Positions 13,141 through 22,794 of a stretch of DNA of 64,000 bases are shown here, piece after piece. A program made the translations under genes and the position numbers. The stretch's first letter is position 1. Each line of letters begins with the position of its first letter. The stretch is from Chiloscyllium plagiosum (lineage: Eukaryota), in contig NC_057717.1 of NCBI RefSeq assembly GCF_004010195.1, forward strand, positions 73,560,087 through 73,624,086. Direction: 5' to 3'. The notes beneath the pieces are model-generated. The model was not told the origin of the DNA. It worked only from the letters and a program-made list of their open reading frames with translations, and did not search any database.

Positions 13141-14099
13141 ATTTGTCTTAAGTCAAACCAGAATCTTATTATCTTTCATTGTTCCTTAATTTTCGCCAGT
13201 TCTCACCTTGAGGTTTGAAACACGAACCTCCAGATGATTACCCTGGAGTAAAGGATTGCTTCCATATGGCTTTATCATAAATTTATTAAACAATCAATTT
13301 TAATGACATTTATTGGATGATGAACAGTAACCGAATTTCCATTAGCATTTTGTCCCAGCATAATCGAATCATTTATTGTGGGATTACACATACCAATGTG
13401 GAGGTTATGCATTTTTGCCTGTATGCACCTTTTAAGAACTAACTGGGAAATTCTTAGTGTATGTAGCTAATTATATGTTCATTTCGAATTTGTCACGTTG
13501 TTGAAGTGAAAGTCCTGATTATCATGAGCAAAGAAATGTAAGCATCAGCAGTATATTTTTAATATTTAATTGACTAATAAAGTGTATGTTTGAGCTTTTT
13601 TGTGTCTTATATTATTTATTTTGCATATTTCAACAATATCTCTGATGTTGATTACACTGTTCCTATTTGGCACGGTTAATTGACATTTTTTCCATGTAAT
13701 TGTCATTTTTAATATCGTTCATATTTAAATTGTTGATTTCTTTAATGCAAAGTTTACACTCTAAGACAAGCAATTGTGAGTTGATATTCTGGTTAAGAGC
13801 TGCAAAGTGCATCCCAACTCTGAGCTGTAATGTTATTCTTTTGAGCATTGGCTATCGAAATTCATTTAAAGAAATGCCTTGTAAATATATTCTCCCAAGT
13901 GATGATATCAATCGAAATATAACAATTAATTGTACGTATATGTGCTTGTGTATTATTTATTATGTCACAATTAGCTGAGACGAATATTCAATAACTAATT
14001 ACATTCTATATGTAGATATATTTAATATATATAGCGTGTGTATTTGCAATTTTGTTGGAGATACTGACACAATTTGATATGGATAAGACTTGAGGAAAG

Positions 14100-15030
14100 G
14101 TCATTTAGGAGATATTGTTAATATGTTTGCAGATGAACAAAGGTTGGTAATATAGCGGACAATGAAAAGGACAATAAAGAGACAAAGACATCTCGATCAC
14201 CTCAATAAGTTTGCTGAGGAATGGCAGATGGAGTTTAATTTAGATAAAAACGAGATGTTGCATTTTCATAGATTTCGTAAATCAAAGTAGGACAAGACTT
14301 ACATAGTCCATGGTTGAGCCCTGGGGAGTGTTAAACAAAGATATCTGGGGGCCAGATTCATAGGTCCTTGAAAGTGGAGTCACAGCTGGACAGGATGTGA
14401 AGAAAGCTTTCAGTGCACTTTCTTCAATGGTCAGACATTGAGGATAGAATGGGACGTCTTGTTGCAGCTATATAAGCCAATAGCAAGTCCACATCTGGAG
14501 TAATCTGTACAATTCGTGTCACTTTACTATAAAAAAAGTTCATTACTAAACAAGAAAGAGTGCAGAGAAGAGTAACTTGGCTGCTAAAAGGCTGGAAGCT
14601 TTGAGTTGTGAAGAAAGACTGGATAGTCTGGCATATTTTAGTCTGTAGCATAAGGGTCACATTATAGAGGTATATAAAATCGTAAGAAACATAGTTAAGG
14701 TAAATAGACAACAGCTTTTCCGCATGGTCAGGGAGTCTAAAACAAGAGGATATTGATTTAAGGTGAGAAGGGAGAGATACAAAAGGCTCCAGTGTGGGTA
14801 TTTCTTTCACGCAAAGGGTAGTCAGTGTCTGGAACAGGCACCCAGAAGTAGTAATAGGCTCTAGTGCAATTTCATCATTTAAGAAATATTTGGATAGGCG
14901 CATGGATGGGATAGATCTCGAGAGATATGAAACAATTGCAAGAAAATATAACTAGTTCAATTTTGAAAATTGGGCAACACGGACAAGTTGGGCAGTAGGC
15001 CTGTTTCTATACTGTAAACCTTTATGACTA
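14100..15030 (+). mobile_element. Old CR1 3' fragment shared with copy 2 (58050-59270)
   Basis: TTTGCAGATGA (FADD), TGGCAGATGGAGTTTAAT, CR1-type 3' end. Confidence 0.75.
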
Positions 15031-15389
15031 TGTCAATGTAACTCATGCAAGGGGATACAAATCTGCAGTACATGGGGTGCACAGCAATTGTGAAGAGAGA
15101 AATTGGAATTGAAGACATTTCACTTAATATACATGTATAGCTGTGAGTTATATGGAGGAAAGTGATGGAAACGTATCCTTGTTCGTTAAACCTGCAATTT
15201 AGAATATTAGTGTTATCAGCAAGCCCAAGATAGGAATTAATGCTAACTAATTATCTATTATAATGAATATTTAAATGTAAAAGTATGTTTCCTTATTAAC
15301 TTTAAATTGTAAGTTTATGGTCAATTGCAGTTTCTTTAACAAAAACAAACCTTTTATTCAAATAAAGCTGAAAACAAAGAAAACAATAA

Positions 15390-15570
15390 AATGTGCAGGT
15401 TAAGTGAACTGGCTAAGCTAAAATTACGCATAGTGTTCAGGGTAGGTGCATTAGCCAGGGGTAAAAATAGAGCAATAGGTTTGGGGAATGGGTCTGGGTG
15501 GGTTACTCGTTGGCGGGTCATTGTGGACTTGTTGGGCCGAAGGGCCTGTTTCTACACGGTAGGGCTTCTA
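15390..15570 (+). mobile_element. HE1-like SINE 3' half (absent from copy 2)
   Basis: TGTGCAGGTTAAGTGAA..GGACTTGTTGGGCCGAAGGGCCTGTTTC. Confidence 0.75.
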
Positions 15571-16456
15571 AAAAAAAAGAAGTGCATGCTTGTATCAATT
15601 GTCAAGTCACTTCACTAATTTATAAACAATGGACTGGCATAAACACAGTCAATGGAACAATCAACTGATTTTATTAAACATGGAATAAACACTTGACTAG
15701 CTACCTGTTATTTCATTTGTGTGTGCAGCATTTGTCATGATCCAATATCACAAGCAACGGTAATGTTCTAGTATAAAATACATCATTCACCTCCACTGTT
15801 ACAGTAACTAACAGTAAGCTTATTACTTGTGTAACAAATCCTTATACACAAATGCTGTTTTGTCTGAAACAATCACGCAACTAATATTTCAGTGCAAATT
15901 ATAAATGATTGATCGCATCTCGTAACCAATTGTTTATTGTAAGACTGTAAATAACAAAAACAGGGTGTATTTGCGTCCAAATATATATGATCAATCAATT
16001 TTTGAATCAATTATATTGGTATAAATGTTTCACAATGGCAACGAAAACACCGCTGTTAAAGCAGATGTTTATTTCTGCAGAAAAGATGTTTCAGTAACTT
16101 ATAAACAAGGAGTAATATCATAAATATTGTCACTGTCCTAACGTAATACATAGGATGATGACTTACTATAAATCAACCTCCAGCAACCAATAACGCACTC
16201 TTAATCTGAGTTTTTCTTTCAACGGTGCGAGTGGAGAATCAGACAGCCAGCATCTTTTGATGAGATCAGGCTTGTTATACTTACTTTGTCTTGATCGAAC
16301 AAATACATGTCTACGTTCAACTTCTCAGCTAAAAAAAACTACCCTTTCATGTGTACAACAAAGCGTAGACCATTTGTGACACAGACACCAGGAGTGACAG
16401 TTACTTGGTGCTTTATGGAATAGCTGCATTCCTTTGCTCCAAAATGAATCGACTGC

Positions 16457-16640
16457 CCAATGAGGGACAGTTGGCAGTTGATGAGGAATAAGTGCAGATC
16501 CAGGAAGGAATGGAGCAGGCCGTATGCTCATGTAGAATGATCAATAAAGAAACAAGGTAGAAACTACATGTTGCTCGAATGATCTTTGCAAACAGCTCTG
16601 TAGGTGGACATTTAACTTGTAAACAGGAAACCCACAGATT
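16457..16640 (+). promoter_or_regulatory. Candidate proximal promoter of gene A (CCAAT, two CAGTTG E-boxes, GAGGAA PU-box, ACAGGAAA ETS abutting RUNX-like ACCCACA)
   Basis: Motifs at 16457, 16468, 16475, 16483 and 16621-16638, all retained in the paralog at 60436-60618. Confidence 0.45.
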
Positions 16641-16791
16641 AAACCAACAATTCTGTAGTTTCCATCTGGCTATTTTTAAATGCAACAGAACATTTCCATA
16701 GCTGTGCATTTAACTTTATAATGACTCAACCTTTATCTTCACAAGCAAATAAGTTAGTATAAGTCTCAAAGTGAGAACCTCGCCCACAGCA

Positions 16792-16834
16792 ATGAATATC
16801 GTATCTCTATGTACTCTGGTCAATCTTTTGTCAG
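16792..16834 (+). CDS. Gene A exon 1, signal peptide (MNIVSLCTLVNLLS)
   Basis: GCAATGA start context, hydrophobic 14-codon stretch, phase-1 donor TCAG|GTTCGA; near-identical exon at 60759-60801. Confidence 0.8.
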
Positions 16835-19800
16835 GTTCGACATTCTTATTTCGAATTTGAGGGGCAGGGCCAACGGAAAATGCAGTAAAGTGAAGTATTA
16901 AGTGGCTGTATAATATAAATTTTGTGTTATGGTGAGAAAAGAAAACCTCTTCTTTCCTTCCTTCCTTTATTTCTTTCTCTTTCTTTCATTCTTTCTCTCT
17001 TTCGTTCTCTCTTTCTTTCTCCTGCTGTTGAATTAAGTTTAAGCCTAAGTATTTCACCTAGATCATCATTACCATTGGTGGTCGTTGAGGAAGAGATGGT
17101 ACTTTCCTGACGTATAACATTAAACTTGTGCTAAGCACTTTTTTCAATCAAAGCAGGCTTCTTCTAACATGTTCTGTTTTCATAGCTGTCGGCCCTCAGG
17201 CAGCGCCTCTGCAGACTCCAGCACTTCAGAGCGTTTCTGTTGGGAACACTGTTCAGATGATTTGTCACACGGGCTGGAATGCTGCGAGAGGTGTTCACTG
17301 GTATAAACAGAAAATGCGAGAACATCTGCAACTTGTTTACATCGTACGGAGACAGTCACATCCAGCTGGGAGATTTTCTGGAGAAGTTAATGAGAATAGA
17401 ACTATTTATACGCTTGTGATTAACAATGTCCAGAGAAATGATTCTGGTCTGTACATCTGTGCTGGTAGGAAATCGGGAGGTCATCCGTTCAGATTCGGAA
17501 AAGGATCGAAATTGCTCATAGCAGGTAAGGACAAAGACCGATTTGTAGAATTTATTATCAATACCTGCAATATTGAACGATAATTTAATGTAACCTCACA
17601 ATCTCATCAGGCTCTCCCACCATTATTCTCTTATCTCCATCACCGAATGCAACCTTTTCGATGGAAACTGTCCCATTGATGTGTTTAGTGAGCAACCTCA
17701 TCTCTGATATCCTTCACTTCGTCTGGAATGTTTCCACTTGGGATGCCAAAAGTTGGCCAGATTCTGTGGCGATAGATTCCACTGGGGCAAATAGTATCAG
17801 AAGTCATATTAGAGTGCCAGCAGAAGTTTGGAAAAAATACTTCACCTGTGCTTGTTCGGTTCAACTCAACACAACTACAATTCTGGTCAGTCAGAGTTCC
17901 TCGTATCAGAGAGGTAAATATTGATTATATTTGTTCACGCTTTGCTTAGAGTTAATATGAGACTTTATTGTGAACATGACGATCATTAACCGTCAAAGTT
18001 CCTCCCTTACTTTGTATCAATATCAAACGAACATTTACTTCTTTCAAAACACTCAATCTTTTGCTGTTTAGCATTCTGAATGTTTATTAGTCGAAGCAAA
18101 CCAGTCTTAGTAGTACTATATTAGCATATTGTTAGTAGGATTCTGAACTTTTGCTAATTAAAATGGGAATATTATTAGCTATGTCTAGTTCGCCAATTTT
18201 CCTCTTGATTCATATGAAAAAAAATCCGTATACATGCATTCATATTCTGAACATAATTTAACACAATTGGTGATTAAATTTAAAAGAACTTAAAAATAGT
18301 GTTCCTCTGAAGAATCCACCAAAACATCGTTTTGATAATAATATCACCATATGCAACTGTCCTCACATCCCTTTTTCTCGTGCTGTTTGCACCATTTCCA
18401 TTTGATGCATGAATCTCATTTATATTAATTGTGTTCCAATTTTGATTAAAACTATGTTTCCCCAGCGCATTTCATTAGTTCTCTGCTTTGTAATTCTTTG
18501 CTTGAGGTAAATTTTAATGCTTCCCTTATCACTATTTGACCTTATGTTTCATTTTACTTTTATTTTTTTCCACGTAGTTGACAAAAACCACTAGTCCATC
18601 TCCCTGTCAAGGTCCTGATTTTCCAACATTGCACATCGCCTTCTTATTTGAATAAAAAAAGACGATAAAATATTTCACCCATTCGAATGTCATTCCAAAA
18701 GAAATATAAACTATGAAGTTTGTTAAGGAGAAAAGTAACAGTTTTAACGCAGTATTTGTAAAGTAACATAGCCCCTTGCAGAGTCAAAAGTGTACAAGAA
18801 ATGTAAGGTGTACCGAATTCCGGAAATTCGGGGTAACTTGCCTTCCAAGATGCTTCACTTTATTGTTTGCAAAAATTAATATAAATTTCACATTGAAAAC
18901 ACCTGCTTTCAATGGTTAAATACTAAATTGCCTAACTGATGGGTGTGTTAAGATGCAACTTTAAGCATTATATTGTTTACTCAAGTTGCAGCGTGTGCTG
19001 GCAAGACCTATATCAAGCTACAGTCACCAATTATTTTGATTTAGCATTGATGGTTCCTCGTGAGCTGTCTGCAAGTGGAGTGTGGTTAGGTTGTGGATTT
19101 TTAAATATACTTCTGCCTTCTGCAGAGCATCCTGAATTTCATTGCATTTTAATGTTTTATGGGAGTTCATCGGTACTGATTGTCCTGGTTATGATATTTA
19201 CTGTCTACGTGGGTTGGAGCTGCAGGAATTCTGACTCAGGTAGGAAGTGTCCTTTGGTGTTGTATATCATCTTTGTATCCCGAACTCAATGCATTTTAAA
19301 TAAAGATCTGACATATATTTTACATCAGGAAACTGGCACATGCATCAGAAATCCACAGACTATTCACCACGTGATCCAAAGCCGGAGGTAAATGCATGAA
19401 AATCGTTTTTTTCCCCTCTCTCTGAATGTATTCTTTCCTTTCGCTGGTTTTATGAAAGGCTTAAGAGATATGGGTTAGGCAACATCAGATTACTGATCAT
19501 TTAATTGCGATAAATGTAATTTGCAACAGTTTGCCATTTTCGCAGCAATGAATGTAATTGGAAATGCCAATTGGATATTTAATATCAGTAATTATGAATA
19601 ATTGCAGAATGAATCCTTCATTGATGAGGAGGTAAGTGTGTTAGACAAATTTGACGATGGCTCCTGGATGTAAGGAAGACAATGACAAGATTCAGTTTAG
19701 ATGATTAATTAGTTTAAATCATGTCATGAAGCGAAATGCATGAATTTATAAGAAAGTGGCCAAATGGGAGAATGTTTGCAAAGTTACATTGTTTTATAAA

Positions 19801-20259
19801 ATGGTCTTTTATTTTCATATAGCCCCTCACTTTTCTTTCTTCATGTCTCATTCTGTGTTTCTACTAATCTTTCTGACTCGTATCACTGTAACAACTATGT
19901 AGTTTACTCCACTTGTGGTTTACACCAGAAAGACTTGCAGTGTTCTGGCTTTGTAACAAGGGGACACAACCTTTAAATAAGATCGAGCACTTTAGAGGTG
20001 ACATATACAAGGGCATGGGATGTATGGAATGTCTCGCCCCTTTTCTTCTTTGGTGAGGTCGATGTTCAATTGGGAAATGATTGTGGTCACATGGAGATAG
20101 AACGAGCTATTATCTAGCTGAAGGAGGTGGGGGTCGGATCAGCTTAAAGTGTTGAATCGCCACACACTGTTCCTATGTCTTTTTGATGGAAACGGTTTCT
20201 GATTTCTTCTATAGACCCTCTACGCTGAATTGGCCTTTAATGAAGATCTGATACTTTGA
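16792..20259 (+). CDS. Gene A: non-rearranging antigen-receptor-like IgSF membrane protein (leader-VJ-C1-TM-cytoplasmic tail with ITIM/ITSM-like motif), 6 exons, 300 aa. join(16792..16834,17186..17524,17611..17913,19126..19239,19329..19387,20215..20259)
   Basis: All five introns are GT..AG with compatible phases (1,1,1,1,0), giving a 903-nt stop-free ORF: MNIVSLCTLVNLLSAVGPQAAPLQTP...MICHTG...VHWYKQ...DSGLYICAGRKSGGHPFRFGKGSKLLIAGSPTIILLSP...LMCLVS...W...TCACSVQL...EFHCILMFYGSSSVLIVLVMIFTVYVGWSCR...PKPETLYAELAFNEDLIL*. Exons 1-5 and their splice sites are conserved in paralog B. Confidence 0.9.
16948..17022 (+). repeat. CT-rich simple repeat in intron 1 of gene A
   Basis: (CTTT/CT)n; an expanded homolog lies at 60925-61110. 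Confidence 0.8.
17186..17524 (+). CDS. Gene A exon 2, V-set domain with germline-joined J segment
   Basis: Acceptor TTTTCATAG|, donor GCAG|GTAAGG; B-strand Cys, WYKQ, RFSG, YTLVINNVQRNDSGLYIC, J motif FGKGSKLLI. Confidence 0.95.
17611..17913 (+). CDS. Gene A exon 3, C1-set Ig domain
   Basis: Acceptor CTCATCAG|, donor AGAG|GTAAAT; PTIILLSP A-strand, LMCLVS, C-strand W, SHIRVPAEVW, F-strand CSV as in Ig/TCR constant domains; 86-nt intron after the V exon. Confidence 0.9.
19126..19239 (+). CDS. Gene A exon 4, stalk Cys plus transmembrane segment
   Basis: Acceptor CCTTCTGCAG|, donor TCAG|GTAGGA; EHPEFHCILMFYGSSSVLIVLVMIFTVYVGWSCRNSDS; conserved at 63230-63343. Confidence 0.88.
19329..19387 (+). 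CDS. Gene A exon 5, cytoplasmic segment (GNWHMHQKSTDYSPRDPKPE)
   Basis: Acceptor TTTTACATCAG|, donor GAG|GTAAAT; same 59-nt length and frame in paralog 63432-63490. Confidence 0.85.
20215..20259 (+). CDS. Gene A exon 6, terminal coding exon TLYAELAFNEDLIL* with ITIM/ITSM-like TxYxxL
   Basis: Polypyrimidine acceptor TTTCTTCTATAG|, phase 0 matching the exon 5 donor; gives a TLYAEL motif then TGA. The paralog exon lies outside the window, so there is no cross-check. Confidence 0.75.
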   Translation, partial: TLYAELAFNEDLIL

Positions 20260-21879
20260 TGGGACGAACACTCATGAAATGTTTTCTCTTATTGGAAAGT
20301 CAGTAACAAGCGCTCTTTAGGAGTAATTGAAAGAACCTTTCCTCGAACTTGTACTGTGCCTATGTATTTTAAGACCCATTAACAAGAAGGTGGAAATTTA
20401 CCTCGAAAGAGCATCTGACACAATTGACTCTAGAGCGTGAAACTATCGCCAGACGAAGATTTCACTATCTCTGACCAATGTCATTCTTAATTATCTGATG
20501 AATTCCCACTCCGAAGTGGGATTGATCAAAACAGAAGTGATTCAACCACTATTAAGGACTGTTTTGATTCTTGTTTTTTATTATTCTCTCAGGTATGTGG
20601 ACATTGCTGTCAAGGTCAATACACATTAAGAATCCTAAATGATTATTTAGAAGATAATACAAAGTTTCACATGTATCTGATGTAGATGTTGAATGACAGG
20701 GATATCAAAGTGTCATTTAAGATGATGATAAATATGTTGAACTCGTGGCACTGGTAGAATAACTGCATATTTATAAATTATTATGACGACAAGTTTGGAT
20801 TCGAATGTCTGCTTTAATTTGATTTGATTCATTGTTGTCACACATTCCTAAGCACAGTGAAAAGTTTTGTATTGCGAGCAGGGAAGGCAGATCATAACAC
20901 AGAGTGTTTGCAGACTTAGAATTGAGGTTTGAAGTGTGGAATGGTTGTAAAAAATGTGAGAATAAGATCAGCTATACAGAGCTCAGAAAAATTCGAGCGA
21001 TGTCAAAGCCATTTCGTAGGCTCCTCGGACCCTGCTAGATATATCCCTGTTAATATCAATTCTGGTTTTGGACATTTCTTCTAAATGACATTTGTGATCT
21101 CATAAATGTCTCATAAAGTAGCAGAAATCTGGAAATGACGGTGGCGTAGCTCATCCACTCTTTCAACTCAATTTCTCTTCCTGTTCGTCGGTTTAGTTTC
21201 TACCAACTTACCTTTTGGAGAGTGGTAATTCAGCCACAGCGGCATTACGCTCATTGAATATGGTGGTCGGCTGGATGATTAATTACGAAGCAGTGGCTCA
21301 GGGCCTGACCGGGACTTTCGGGGAGTTCCCCATGTTCAATGTGTGGACCGATTGTGACATTGACTCCCAGCGTGGGCAACAACTGGATCTAGGCTTTGAC
21401 AGTCTAGTGCGTAACAATGGCTGCGATCCCAGGAGCGAGACCAGCGCAGCGATGTCATTTCCCCGACGTCTGCACCAATGACGAGGGCAGTGGAAATTGA
21501 GTCAGTGTGGGGGAAAGTTTGTCAATCTGTCGAATGTTTCGCCATCGTCGGACCTGCAGTCCCAGCATGGTGAAGCATCCAAGAAACACTTAATCATAAT
21601 AAGAACTGCAAAGTTTAACTTTTATCTTTTATTGTGATATACTATGACTGACTGTAATGTTAACTTTGAAATTTGTTCCTTCTTCCTTATTACCACCTTG
21701 TTAAGGTTTTGTTCCCAGGTACTTGTGCCTAAGCTGGTGCGTATGTGGAGACATTGAAAAGTTTTCAGTGTACTCTTGTACATTTTTTCTTGAGTACATG
21801 TAACAATAACGTCTAAATTAAAAAAAAATTAGAAAATCAAATAAAAAATCAAAATCAAATCGATGAACCAACAAAACTC

Positions 21880-22790
21880 ATGCAAAGATTTCCATTTTAT
21901 GACATTAAAATATCCAGTATTCTGGACAGTGAGGAAGGCTATCAAAAATTGCAGCAGGACCTTGATCAGCTGGGGAAGTATGCCTCGAAATTGCAAATGC
22001 AGTTTATTATAGATAAGTGCAATGTCTTGCAATTTGGAATCTCAAATCAAGGCAGGAGTTTCCTGTTGTATGATCGGGCCTTAGGGAGTGGAATGGAACA
22101 CAGTGACCCTGGAATTCAGGTGCAGAGGTAGACAGAGCAGTGAAGGCGTCTTTTGGTACACTGGCTTTCTTCAGTAAAGGCATTGAGTATCGAAGTTGGG
22201 AAGTTATGCTGCAGTTATACAGGACATTGGTGAGCCTGCACTTGGAGTATTGCAGTCTGCATTATATATCTTGCTGTAGGAAGAATGTTATTAAACTGCA
22301 AAGAGTGCAGAAGAAATTTACAAGGATTTACGACTCCACAGTGTGAGGTGTATGGGGAGTTTGGACAAGCTAGGACTTTTTTTGTTAAGAGTGCCCGAGG
22401 CGGAGTGGAGAATCTTATAGAAGTGCATACGATAATAAGAGGCATGGATCGGGTGAATGCACTCAATATTTTTCTCAGTGCTGGGGAATCGAGGACGAGA
22501 GGACATCAGTTTAATGTTAGAAGGTAAGGAATAAAGGGAAACTGAGGGGCAACACTTTGTTTACTCAGAAGGTGACGTTCATATGGAATGACCTGCCACT
22601 GGAAATGGTTGAGGCAGGTCCAATAACAACACTTAAAAGACATTTGGACAAATACATGAAAACGAAATGTTCAGAAGGATATGTACCAACTGCAGGGAAT
22701 GAGCGTAGCATCAGTGGACATTTTGGTCAACATGGACCACTTTGGGCTAATGCACCTTTCAACCACGCTGTTGGTCTCCATGACTCGATA
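21880..22790 (+). mobile_element. Degenerate CR1 3' fragment
   Basis: LQQDLDQLG, IEYRSWEVMLQLYRTLV, RTRGHQF. Confidence 0.85.
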
Positions 22791-22794
22791 TGGA

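Larger units (their letters stand above)
1590..19800 (+). repeat. Segmental duplication, copy 1 (contains gene A)
   Basis: Collinear similarity by eye: 1590-4230 with 39420-41610, 11225-11275 with 44000-44050, 11940-19800 with 55480-64000, including non-repeat sequence. Boundaries approximate. Confidence 0.85.

Noticed and set aside
17128-17924. Reading the V and C ORFs as a rearranged TCR or germline-joined Ig light chain
   Set aside because: Downstream TM and two tail exons are in phase; the TM has no Lys/Arg; the C1 lacks the terminal Cys of IgL; the V-C intron is only 86 nt with no J array.
18571-18589. Perfect RSS nonamer ACAAAAACC in intron 3 of gene A
   Set aside because: No CAC heptamer at 12 or 23 bp (the nearby CACGTAG is 3 bp away), it is not adjacent to a V or J segment, and it is not conserved in gene B.
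18811-18836. Short palindrome TACCGAATTCCGGAAATTCGGGGTA resembling STAT/NF-kB sites
   Set aside because: Spacing does not match the canonical GAS consensus and symmetry is degraded in the paralog (62911-62935).
18939-19391. 150-aa ORF as a stand-alone gene
   Set aside because: It is exon 4 plus intron read-through; exon 5 is used in another frame, as shown by splice phases and the paralog.
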